From NCBI RefSeq assembly GCF_000315625.1, contig NW_005434425.1, positions 1-48,744 of the forward strand: a stretch of 48,744 nucleotides of DNA, in the 5' to 3' direction. The position numbers were made by a program, and so were the translations under genes. Positions 11,720 through 30,551 of this stretch are shown here, piece after piece. Positions within the stretch are counted from its first letter, which is position 1, and the number at the start of each line of letters is the position of its first letter. The notes beneath the pieces are model-generated. The model was not told the DNA's origin. It made no database searches and saw only the letters and a list, made by a program, of their open reading frames with translations. The stretch comes from Guillardia theta CCMP2712 (lineage: Eukaryota > Protista > Cryptophyta).

Positions 11720-11905
11720 GCACGAGAAAGTTACCGTACCGAGAAGCCTTGGGGGGAGGGAGCGATGGCAAGATGCCAGAGATAAAGCTGGGATGAGGAG
11801 AGTATCTGATCGTGAAGGTATGACAAGTACCACCACTGGAGGCACAAACCGTCGTACCGTAGAATTTCTTGCGAACGATATATCCTGTCTCACATTGTTG
11901 ACATG
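11720..11905. repeat. Leader segment duplicated at about 19612-19795
   Basis: Near-identical gcacgagaaagttaccgtaccgagaagccttgggggg...tctcacattgttgacat at both sites. Confidence 0.9.
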
Positions 11906-11910
11906 TTTTT

Positions 11911-12230
<320 letters not shown>

Positions 12231-12238
12231 AGTTTTAT

Positions 12239-12683
12239 GCAGCGGCAGCCCCGTCGGACTTTCTGAGCTCTCCAGCCCCTCCCAACAGAAGATTTCCGAT
12301 CATCGCGCAAGTTATGGCACCCATCACCCGCCGAAGGCCTTTCTTCCCTTCACTCACCATGGAGCTACGCTGACAGCGGAGTGGGATGGCTGCGCTCAGG
12401 AGGCGGTGTATGGGGACCCTGGCTTTCATCGTTTGCGTGCTCGCCTGTTTCGGCAGTATCGCTCTTGTATGGGTCTTGCCGTCCTCCTCGCGGGAGCCTT
12501 GCGCTACTGCTCTTTGTCCTGATCCTTGTTCCCCTGCTTGTCGTGCATGCCGTCGCTTGCGTGGTTGGAGTAGCGGTTTTCGCTGCCTCCTTCGTTTCCT
12601 AGTATTTTATTGAGGCGGGTTTGTAGGGTTTATCCTCGTCCTCCTTTGTTTGCTCCGGTTTGCCTTTCTTTTTCAGTCAATAC
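12239..12683 (+). repeat. Internally deleted copy of 18061-18878, including the retroelement remnant
   Basis: 12239-12380 matches 18061-18272 with a ~60-bp deletion; 12425-12683 is near-identical to 18618-18878. Confidence 0.88.
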
Positions 12684-12712
12684 AGAAGTGATATGCTCCA
12701 AGCATAAGCTGC

Positions 12713-13490
12713 TCAATGAAATGCTTTGAGCTTTGAGACATCTCGGCACAGAGAGAAAAACACAATGGGGTTTTGACTGACATACGTTATGACATTAGGC
12801 ATAGCCAGCTGAGCCTCCTCCTGAGTATGAACAATAGCACTCTTGGGAATGTAATTCGAAAAGTTCTTCTTGGCAAGGTACAACAACACCTTCAGGAAGA
12901 AGGCTCGATGCTTGCGGCTATCACAGTGTTGTCTCGCGCGAACCAGTTTCTCATCCAAACTGAATGAAGCCTCTTGTTGAATTCTCTCACATCCTCATCG
13001 CTGATGGTCTGAATCTCAGTGATGAAGGTCTCATTGGCACAACCAAGGTCGCCAAAGTTACTGACACATAACATGTAACACTCCTGCCCTCGTTGGTCAA
13101 CCGGCAACCTTCACCTCTTCCGCCCACGGGGCTGTCGTCACGTATCGACCCCCGCGGGGCGGGATAAAAGCGCGGGCGGGCGGATCGGACGGTCCCTATC
13201 ATCTGCGGGATCGCCAACCCGAGCGGGGAGGGGGACGGGTACCGTAGTACACTGCGGCCTCAAGGGCAGCGCCGAGATCGACGAGATCCTCGCGAGGAGG
13301 CTGCAGGGCCTGCCGGTCGATAGTCACCGGGAGGTGGACCAGGGCCATGCGCAGGGAGGGCGTGGCCTGGAAGGCGCGGGCGACCACGTCCTCCACGGGC
13401 TCCCGCTTCTCCCCGCAGTGCACTGGCACCCTGTTCGAACGTCGTTGGGCTCGTCCCCGTTCTCGTCCTATGTCGGCGAGACGAGTCATC
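12713..13490 (-). CDS. Hypothetical multi-exon gene
   Basis: Coding-like segments (VHCGEKREPVEDVVARAF; ECYMLCVSNFGDLGCANETFITEIQ; QEEAQLAMPNVITY) with short gt..ag spacers; no domain recognised. Confidence 0.4.
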
Positions 13491-13797
13491 GATCGGTATG
13501 ATCCCTCCTCGTCCAGCTATCAGACCCTTGTTTCCTCTCTTGCAGCATCTCCCTGCTTGACTGCTTCCAGCGTACAAAGGAAGAGCCCTTGTCGGGGCAG
13601 GCAGGGACAGGGCAGGACCGGAAAGGGTCAGCAGGGATAGGGAAACATGGCATTGCAGGAATTGTTGAACAGGAAAGGAGGGAGGGAGGGATGTGGAGAA
13701 AGGATGGGGTAGAGAGATAAATGCTGTACGTGGAGCTGTTACATCACTTGATCTTTATGTTTTCTTTGTGCGGAGGCCTGTACGGATGCCTGGCCGA

Positions 13798-15014
13798 ATG
13801 AGATGGGCGCAGGCAGATCTGGTTGTGGTCTTATTGTTCGTTGCGCTATGCTCATGTGACTGGAAGGTCGCATATTGTGATTTCTTGGGGCAGATACATT
13901 GATGGGAGCTGTGCTGTTTGTGCTTGTTGATGGTTGTTGAGGGAGAATCGATCCTTCAAGAGCACTGTGCTGTTCAACGATGGAGGAGAGGATGCGTTCT
14001 AGACTGAGGCCGTGGCTAGTGAAGAACATGTCTCAGTCTGATCAAGAGGCAATGATTGATGTTTGCTGTGCGCGGGAGACCTTATGGGATGCTGAACCGC
14101 TCGTGGTGTGCAGTCATATCTTAGCCCGTCGACAGCTTGGCTGCGATCTGCACTGCAGTGCTTACAGCCGAGGCGTCGCTGTTGCTCCGTCCCTTCCCAT
14201 GGAGGACGAGGCTCCTCCTCCTCTGGGGTCAAAGAGCGTGAGCGAATTCTTCGAGAAGCCGCAGGGAAGCAAGAAGAGCATAAGTTTCGGGGTGATGAAC
14301 TCCCTCACTAGGGAAGAAGCGGAGGAGTCGACGATGGATGAGGAGAGGGAAGGCGAAGGTGGGGAGGACGCGGAAGATTTGCCTTGGAAGGACTCTCAGA
14401 CCTTGAGAATCTTGAAGCTGCTGTATGGGAGATAGAAGACAGGTGCGTGCCTCTTCAATCTTGCTCCACTCTGCACCGTCGGCGCGAAGGCTCACAACAC
14501 GTGCATCATGGCAGGTTTCAGGAGGTGAAGGAGATGGTGGATGAAGACATCTTGGCTCTCATGTATGAGTTGGAGTTAGAGCGAGAGGTGCCTTCTCTTC
14601 GTCCCCTCGTTCTCCTTGATTGTGACATGAACATGCAGTCCATCGACCAGTTGCGATACGGAACTCATGCAGATCTGATGGGTCTAGCCCAGTCGTTCCT
14701 TGACCTTTCCAACTGTCCGTCCTACAGTGTCATGGACTGCATGCGGAAATGTCGGAAGCTTGCGAGCGATCTGTCGGAAAAGTTGCAGGCGCTGATGTGT
14801 TTGTTTCCCATGAAAGAGTTGATCTGTGCTGTACATGGAACTGCTCGTTATAGCGAAGGAGGAAGGTTCAGCAGCCCTCGAGCTGACGAGGCCCCACGAC
14901 TTCCGGTTGGACCACAAGAGGTCGCCAGGCAACACTAATGACATGCTCGACAGGCACTCAGCGATCCAGGAGAACGACAACGAGAGCACGGGGTCGTTTG
15001 AGATGTGGGAATGA
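13798..15014 (+). CDS. Hypothetical multi-exon gene, possible signal peptide
   Basis: MRWAQADLVVVLLFVALCSC leader, then successive ORFs 13980-14435, 14515-14790 and 14826-15014 separated by short intron-like spacers. Confidence 0.5.
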
Positions 15015-15385
15015 TTATAAGCAGACTGATGAGTAGCAGGGAGGAGGATGTGTAGCAGAGAGGAACAAGCAACAGGACAGAGAAAGTTGCAAGGGATCCC
15101 ATGAAAGCACGCGGGAAGAAGACATCTGGGATAAGGGGACTGCAAAGGAGATGGACTGGTTTGCAAGGGAGGAGGGAAGATTGAGGGGTGATAAACGTCT
15201 TGCCAGAGATCGATTCTTGTTTTGTTTGAGAGGAACAGGCCTCATGGAGGCTCGTTGAATGGTAAACTGACGGGGAACTTGTGAAAAAATGGAGCATTCT
15301 TTGCATTTACAAACAATCTAGACACTCCGAACAATACATGGCGATTAACATAAACCCCCGAATGATTCGAATCAAACCTTTCTAA

Positions 15386-17813
15386 TCATCGTCGACGATA
15401 AGGCTGATGCCCCACCAATGTTTGATTGCCTTCCAGGCAGGCATGGCAGTGCTGATAGCAAGGCGGGTCAGCGACAGAAGCATGGCGAGGGAAATGGAGG
15501 CTGCAGCGATTCTCAAGAGTGTAGGGAGCTGAGAGAGAGCTTAAGTCTGGGTAGACCGAGTAGCCCAGCGCGTTCTCCAGCTCTTCATCCAGCCACGCGT
15601 TCACGAGGCCAAGAGAAATATTGCGGTAGATGCTGGCGTAGGTGCCGTTGGTGTAGTAGAGGCGCTTGGCGAGAGCTTCAGGGGCCGACCACGAGAACTG
15701 CTGCGGCTTCTCCTTCTTGTTCTGCGACTTGGGGCACATGAAGGCGCCGAAGTGCATGATGCACTGCGACAGCTGCCAGTCTGAGGCCTTGGGCTCCAGA
15801 CCGAAGTCGTCCCGCAACTCGTTGAGCGTTGCTGTGGGGTCGAGGAAGAAGTCGCGGCAGGGCACGTGCGAGCTGAAGCTGAGGTTCTTGTCTGCCGTCA
15901 GAAACCAGTCGCGCAGTTTCGCTGTCCTCATCGCGAGAATGTTGGGGAACCGTTTCCCCGTGTCCGGGTCGCGATCCTCCAGCCGTTCGTGCTTGGCGAG
16001 CGGAGGGTCGAGGGACGTGCCGGCCTTCAAGAACTCAACCTTCTTCACCCTCCAGGCCTCTGACTTCAAGTGCTGCGTCAGTTCCTTGGCGGCGGCGACC
16101 AGCCGCTGCTTTAAGATCCTCCACTCGGGCAGCCGGGCCTGATGCCACAAGCCCTGGCCTGTCGCGTTGGCTCGGCACAGGAATCCACCTTTGAGGCACC
16201 TGCCCCATGACATGTTGCCGTCGAGACACCAGGAAGAGGGCGCGAGCTCATTCCCGTTGTCCACCAGGTAGCCCGGGATGGTCCGGCAGCGCCACTGTGA
16301 CTTGTTGAGGTCCAAGGGGTTCAGGTCCTTCGCCTCGAGCTCGCTGATGTCAGTCGAGGCCTCCGAGTCGTCCGACTGCACGCGGATGTAATGTGCCAGC
16401 CGATCTCTCCACTGCTGCAAGCTGTAGTTGGCAAAAATCGAGACTGGACTCAAGCCCGAGCAGAGAAAGTCCGATGAGCAAGCACGGTGACTGAGGTTGG
16501 CAGACAGACACTCGACGAGCGGTCGAACGTGCTGTTTGGTGATCCAGTTAGAGTCTGCTGAGAGCCCGGGAAGGTGCGTGCATGAGTAGGTACTGTTGTA
16601 GTAGGAGCACGCCTCGAAATCCTCGAGCTGCTCGGTCAAGTGATCACATTGACTCAATACGGTGTCAGTAACCGGCGCTGTGGCCTCAGATGGCTTTGAA
16701 TGGTCAAGAATCACTTCCGCTTGCTTGCTCGTATGCACTTTGTCGATGGCTTCAGTCTTGAATGTGATCCATTCGCGCGCAAGGAAGGTTTGCATGTCGA
16801 CGCCTCGATGGAGCTCCGCGTAGAAGGGATGGCGGTGCATGGACTCGAGCCACTCGTAAGGGTTTCTAGTCACGAGGACGTTGAGAGTGCTCTCCTCCTG
16901 CTGTACATCTGCCAGATAGTCACTCACAGTCAACAAGTCACTAGTCAGCCCCACGAGTCGGCCCGACGGCGAGTCACTGACCTGCATGGCGCATGAAGCC
17001 GTGCTTCCATGGCAGCCCTCCTATCACACACTCGGTTTGCTTCGAGCCGCACTTGAGCTTGAAGTTTGCCTTGAGGATCTCAGTAACAAGGGTGGTGCAA
17101 CTATTCCTCTCCCCCCAGACCCAAATCTTGTTGATATTCTTAGTGTCTGACCCATTCTTGGCTCTGTTTCCTCTCCAGTATCTTCCTCCTCCCTGCTTGA
17201 ACCGCCTTCTGTCCCATCTCTGGTACGCAACTCCTGTGGCTGCCAGGTCCTTAGGGAACAGCTCCCTGACTTCGGTGGAATAGGGGGACAGCGTTTTTAT
17301 AAGCAAGTGATCCGATGGATACCGAAAGCTGAGAGCTGGTGAGTCCTCGACGGTCGGGATAGTCGTAGAATGAGAGGAATGGAGAGAGATGAAGAAGTTG
17401 CTGGAGTGAGGGGTAGAGGGCACGTGATGATGGTAGAAGCGATCCATGAAGCTTAGACGGTTCAACCACTTAAGCGCTGGACTGACTCCGTCTACTTCTC
17501 CTCGCGTCAAGTTCATGACTAGCCTCAGCTCGCTCTGCCGCTGAGCCCCCCGGTCACTGGGAGAGGTCGCAGAGGACCCGCGTCCTCCCCTCACGTCGCT
17601 CAAGTTCGTCAGGTGCGAACGTGCGTTGCTGCCACTAGACTTTTGGGAATGAGTCGCCGCTACCCTGCCGTGTCTTCTGCTCATGGTCGATCGGACGAGG
17701 GAGGGAGAAGGGAGGGAGGGGAGGAAGATGCCGACACCCAGCAGGAGCGGCAGCCATAGCGCCTGAGCTGCCGCGAGGAAGAGCGCCGTGTGCCATGGCA
17801 CCCACCAGCGCAT
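15386..17813 (-). CDS. Sulfotransferase-like (P-loop) protein with N-terminal signal/anchor, two exons
   Basis: Motifs WGERNSCTTLV, LPWKHGF and LVTRNPYEWLESM resemble the 5' and 3' PAPS-binding segments of sulfotransferase-fold proteins. A 73-nt GT-AG intron (16909-16981) joins the two long ORFs in frame (HA-DVQQ). Hydrophobic N-terminus. Confidence 0.72.
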
Positions 17814-18039
17814 GCTGGCATATGATTAAGTAAATATTTACTCAAGTTTTCCAAATTGATTTTTTTTTTGGGAAGCTGGTATCGCGGACTGCGACACACG
17901 GGCCCGGGCCCGGACCCTCGTCCCTCAGCATGGCCCCACCAACCGACACATGGGCGACCTTCGGCTCCCTGGCCTCTCCACCCACACCTGGAATGGGCTG
18001 GTTCTGGACTCTTCACTGAGTCACGATGACCGGACTCGG

Positions 18040-18480
18040 GGGTGACTCATCCCTACAACAGCAGCGGCAGCCCCGTCCGGGGACGAGTACGGTCTGCGCT
18101 CTCCGGCCCCGCCCAGCAGAAGATTTCGGATCATCGCGCAAGTTATGGCACCCATCACCCGCCGAAGGCCTTTCTTCCTTTCACTGCAGGTACGGATGGT
18201 CTTCTTCATGCTGACGCTTTGCGGTTTCTCTTTTACCTGGCGGATCACCATGGAGCTACGCTGACAGCGGAGGACCCTAGCTTTCATTGATGGAACGTAT
18301 GTCAGCCGTGCCAGTCAGATAGCGCCGAGTTAACAAAAACTCTCCTGTAAACCAAGACGACTTACGTGGCAAGGCGGACGATGTAGCGTGTGGGACGAAG
18401 AGGGGGGCTTTCCTAGCCGTCTTGCTAAGGTCCTCTCATGTCTGGATGCTTGGGTTTCACATCCTAGCATACAGTCTATC
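18040..18480 (+). mobile_element. Degenerate 3' remnant of a non-LTR retrotransposon (restriction-like endonuclease C-terminus)
   Basis: AQQKISDHRASY..PPKAFLPFTAGTDGLLHADALRFLFYLA resembles the K..Y..F.P....G.lh..r-ll C-terminal motif of REL-endonuclease (CRE/R2-type) elements. Contains stops; a second copy is at 12239. Assignment is by motif recall. Confidence 0.5.
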
Positions 18481-19116
18481 TCTCATGTGCTCCTCAATTC
18501 TGGTTTTGTGTGCATTAAACTCGGTCTTGAGCAAAAACTGTCTTGTTACAACTAAGGTCGATGTGACGTCTGCGTGACTTTGGACTAGTACAAGTCTAAC
18601 AAACTTGTATTCCGTCATTCATCGTTTGCGTGCTCGCCTGTTTCGGCAGTATCGCTCTCGCATGGGTCTTGCCGTCCTCCTCGCAGGAGCCTTGCGCTAC
18701 TGCTCTTTGTCCTGATCCTTGTTCCCCTGCTTGTCGTGCATGCCGTCGCTTGCGTGGTTGGAGTAGCGGTTTTCGCTGCCTCCTTCGTTTCCTAGTATTT
18801 TATTGAGGCGGGTTTGTAGGCTTTATCCTCGTCCTCCTTTGTTTGCTCCGGTTTGCCTTTCTTTTTCAGTCAATACAGTCTGATTTTCCTAAATCGCGAA
18901 ACTTTCATCATTGTGGGCTGCACTGCGTCATCACCATGGAATAATATGTGTAGCCACGGTTACAAGAGACTCAGTCGTTGCATCATGTCATGTGCTGCCT
19001 GGAAAATGACATTTAATGATATCTGTAAGATTTCATTCATATTTAGTATCATTGAAGGCCTGAATTCTCCATCACCCCAAATACAGTCACCGTACCCTGA
19101 GAACTGCAGTGAGTAG

Positions 19117-19608
19117 CCTTGTTGAAGATTCCCGCAGGCAGACTCTCCAGCTTGTTGTTGTAAAGATTTATCTGCACAAGCTGGCTCGAGAGCTCGTCGA
19201 ACACCCCTGCAGGCAGACTCTCCAGCTTGTTGTCGGAAAGAAATAGCCAAATCAAGATTGAGAGCCTGTCGAAGATCCCTGCAGGCAGACTCTCCAGCTT
19301 GTTGTTGGAAAGAAATAGCCAAATCAAGATTGAGAGCCTGTCGAAGATCCCTGCAGGCAGACTCTCCAGCTTGTTGTTGGCAAGAAGTAGCAAACCCAAG
19401 CTCGAAAGACCATCGAAGGTCCCATTCGCTATGTTCCGAATATCCAAGTTGTCAAGTTCCAACCAACCCCACGGATTAGCTTCACAGGTACCGCCACTAC
19501 AGCTCCCCTCCCTCCACAGCAAACCCTCATCCGAGACATAAAACGTGCAGCCTCCACAGCTCACACTGCTTGCCGCCTCAGCCTGTTGGGTTTGCGGTGC
19601 TGAGCCTG
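19117..19608 (-). pseudogene. Truncated chimeric LRR fragment (unit-B N-cap plus unit-C modules)
   Basis: 19406-19608 matches unit B (about 10497-10699); 19117-19401 matches unit C (about 9455-9670) with one module duplicated. No C-cap. Confidence 0.9.
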
Positions 19609-19808
19609 TGCAGAAGCACGAGAAAGTTACCGTACCGAGAAGCCTTGGGGGGAGGGAGCGATCATCCGATGGCAAGATGCCAGATGAGGAGAGTATCTGA
19701 TCGTGAAGGTATGACAAGTACCACCACTGGAGGCACAAACCGTCGCACCTTAGAATTTCTTGCGAACGATATATTCTGTCTCACATTGTTGACATCAGTC
19801 ACGGTTCA

Positions 19809-19885
19809 AGAGAGACAGCGAGACAGAGACAGACAGAGACAGACAGAGACAGAGAGACAAAGAGACAGAGAGACACTGAGAGAAA
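19809..19885 (+). repeat. GA/GACA microsatellite, short homologue of 11911-12230
   Basis: Same position relative to the leader and followed by the same agaagttttat. Confidence 0.85.
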
Positions 19886-20326
19886 GAAGTTTTATCAGTG
19901 CAGTCGGCTACCTATTGCTGATTGCACTCTCGCAGGTATTGAAGTGATCTGTTAGCAATAAGAAAAGTTTGGCGAGCCTTGCAGCGAGATTGAGGCATCG
20001 AGCCAAAGCTGCGGCATCATCCACAGGAATGTCCACCTACGCTGACATCGTCCGACGGTCAACCTGTGCGGGCCGGACTGACTCATGATAAGAGCCTCCT
20101 CCCCTTTGCTTCTTGGCACCGTCACTAGTCACTGAGATGGAGTCTTCACTGAGTAGACTCGATGATCATAGCCTGGCTGGATTCGACTCAGACTAGCAGC
20201 TACATTAGTCACGCCGGCCCCTTCGCCGCTAAAACTGCTCCCCCAAGTTAACTAAACAGTTCCGAACGAGATACCAGAAACTTCAGATTGGTGAGTAAAA
20301 GATCCAGAAAATCAACTTCCTGAGTA

Positions 20327-21589
20327 ATGCGGGGGCCGTGCTCGATGCAGACCTCAGGGCCGTGGCATACCGCTCTCGCTCTCCTTCCTCTCCTCCTCTC
20401 TTCCCTCCCTCTCTCCTACTGCGACTCCTTCTCCTTCGTCAAGGCTGAGGGTAAGGATATCTGCGCTGGAATCAAGGAGTCATGCACGACAACAAACGAC
20501 TGTACTGTCGCAGCATACGGACCATGCTCTGCTGCAAGCCCCGGCCCCTCAGCCTACGTCACTCTGACACCCTTCATGCTCGGATGGATCCACGACCTCA
20601 ACACCTACAGCACAGACAGCAGCAAAGTAACCTCGATCGGAGGTTTGCCTAACATCAACAACGGCTTCCGAGACTCGTCGCCAAACGTAGCAGTGGGTTC
20701 AGCGGCATACGCGTACATGACGACAGGAGCTCTTGTGGGGACAGACAAGACGAGCGCAGGCTACATCGGCACGATTAACGCAATCATGACCAAAGGAGAT
20801 GTCAGCACGAAAACAATCCCTGTGAGCTTCAACACCGTTGACGACATCCCATCAGATCACTCCACGAAACTCAAAGTCGACATGTGTGTCACAGCGACTT
20901 CGAACAAGCAATGCTCGGGAAGCGAAGTGTCCTTCTTCTCGGGAGACATCGCATTCATGACGTACGGTGGGACCATGGGGAGCAATTTCATTCCACATCC
21001 CTTCGCCAAGAACATTTTTGTCAGGTACACGATGACTGTTGTGGATAGCAACAAGACATCAGCAGGCATGACGTTCAACACTCAGTCGAAGAAGCTCTCT
21101 GAGATGAGCAACGTCGAGGTCAACGACATCACCTTCACTCTAGGCGGCAAGATGATCTCCTTGGAGCTAAGCAAGGCGTTCAACGCAGCGACTTTTTCGG
21201 TTGCTGGAACCACGGTCTCGCTCTCGAACCACACGACCGGCACTGTGCAGATCAGAGTGAGCGCTGTCCCTGGAGACGCCATGTCGGCATACTTGGACGT
21301 CATCTTTCCTGCCGCTTACTTGCAAACGGCCAACCAGATCGTCTTTTACGGGTCTGCCGGCGTCGCTGGAAGAAGAGCAGAGAGCCCTGGGTACTCTCGA
21401 TGGCTTGTCACAGCACCTCCTGCTTCTCCTTCTTCGCCCACTGAGCAGCCCCAGGCTGCTAGCCCAGCTACAACCCCCAAAGCTTCCGAGTCGTTGAGCT
21501 CAACAACTATCGCGAGTGCTACCGGCTCTATGGTGTGCAGTATGTTCACGATGATGCTTGTGATGTACTTGTCTTCGCGCGCTTTGTAG
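20327..21589 (+). CDS. Secreted/cell-surface protein with Ser/Thr/Pro stalk and hydrophobic C-terminus (GPI-like)
   Basis: 420-aa ORF with signal peptide (ALALLPLLLSSLPLSYC), Cys-rich N-terminal part, PPASPSSPTEQP stalk and terminal MVCSMFTMMLVMYL. Confidence 0.8.
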   Translation: MRGPCSMQTSGPWHTALALLPLLLSSLPLSYCDSFSFVKAEGKDICAGIKESCTTTNDCTVAAYGPCSAASPGPSAYVTLTPFMLGWIHDLNTYSTDSSKVTSIGGLPNINNGFRDSSPNVAVGSAAYAYMTTGALVGTDKTSAGYIGTINAIMTKGDVSTKTIPVSFNTVDDIPSDHSTKLKVDMCVTATSNKQCSGSEVSFFSGDIAFMTYGGTMGSNFIPHPFAKNIFVRYTMTVVDSNKTSAGMTFNTQSKKLSEMSNVEVNDITFTLGGKMISLELSKAFNAATFSVAGTTVSLSNHTTGTVQIRVSAVPGDAMSAYLDVIFPAAYLQTANQIVFYGSAGVAGRRAESPGYSRWLVTAPPASPSSPTEQPQAASPATTPKASESLSSTTIASATGSMVCSMFTMMLVMYLSSRAL

Positions 21590-21599
21590 TAGCCCGCAC

Positions 21600-22245
21600 G
21601 ACAAGCAGTTGGCCATCCGATCATGGCATCATACTATAGTCATCATGCAGCATCACGGGGCTACCGTACGGCGCTCCACCGGTCAGGCCGCCTGAGAACT
21701 GCAGTGAGTAGATATCATGATAGATATTTCACTATACTGAAACGGTTTACTCTTGAGCCTGTACGATGTACCGTTGTAGCTAACTATCAGTTTTGCGTCA
21801 AACCACCGTCTCCAGTGGCTGACAAATTGTTTATCATGGCACACCGTACTAGGCTACGAGTGACTCCGAGGAGTATGATGCCACCGTGCCATAGTGTGCA
21901 AACGACCGCCCCGGGACTCCGATCGACACGACAGTGTGCTCGGAGCGGCTGGAGGCTAAGTAGTAACGCCCGGCCCATCATTGCCGGGATGCCGCGGGCC
22001 TGACCGTCACGGTACTCAGCTGACTCGATGATTCCGAACTCGGCCCTCATCACGGGGACGGTCGGGCCGGGCGGCCGGGCGGCCGCCGCCGGCCCGCGCC
22101 GGCCACAGTCGGCCGGCGGCCGTTCAACGCCGGGTTACTCAGCGGGGGCCCGGCCGCGGCCCTCGGCGAGACGGTCGGGCCCGGCCGCGCTGCGGGCCCG
22201 AATGGATATGAGGGGGATGATATTCCCAGGTTACAGCGCGGCATC
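21600..22245. promoter_or_regulatory. Palindrome/CCGG-rich island immediately upstream of the AP1G start
   Basis: Very GC-rich 22050-22200 with many ccgg/gcggccgc motifs, ending just before the ATG at 22246. Regulatory role is inferred from position only. Confidence 0.35.
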
Positions 22246-30337
<8,092 letters not shown>

Positions 30338-30551
30338 CTGATGCGCGTAGCGCGAATAAAGTTGAAAGTGCAAGTGAATGTGCGGGAGACTGAGAGGAGA
30401 AACAAGAGAAAGAGGAGTCGAAATAAGGAGGAGCAGGTCAGGGACAGGGACAGGGAGGAGGAGAACGAGAAGAAAGGACGAGGAGCACGTTACGTTACAA
30501 AGTTTCATCGATCACATGCCGACGTAGGTGCGGGGGACGCAGACAGGAGGG

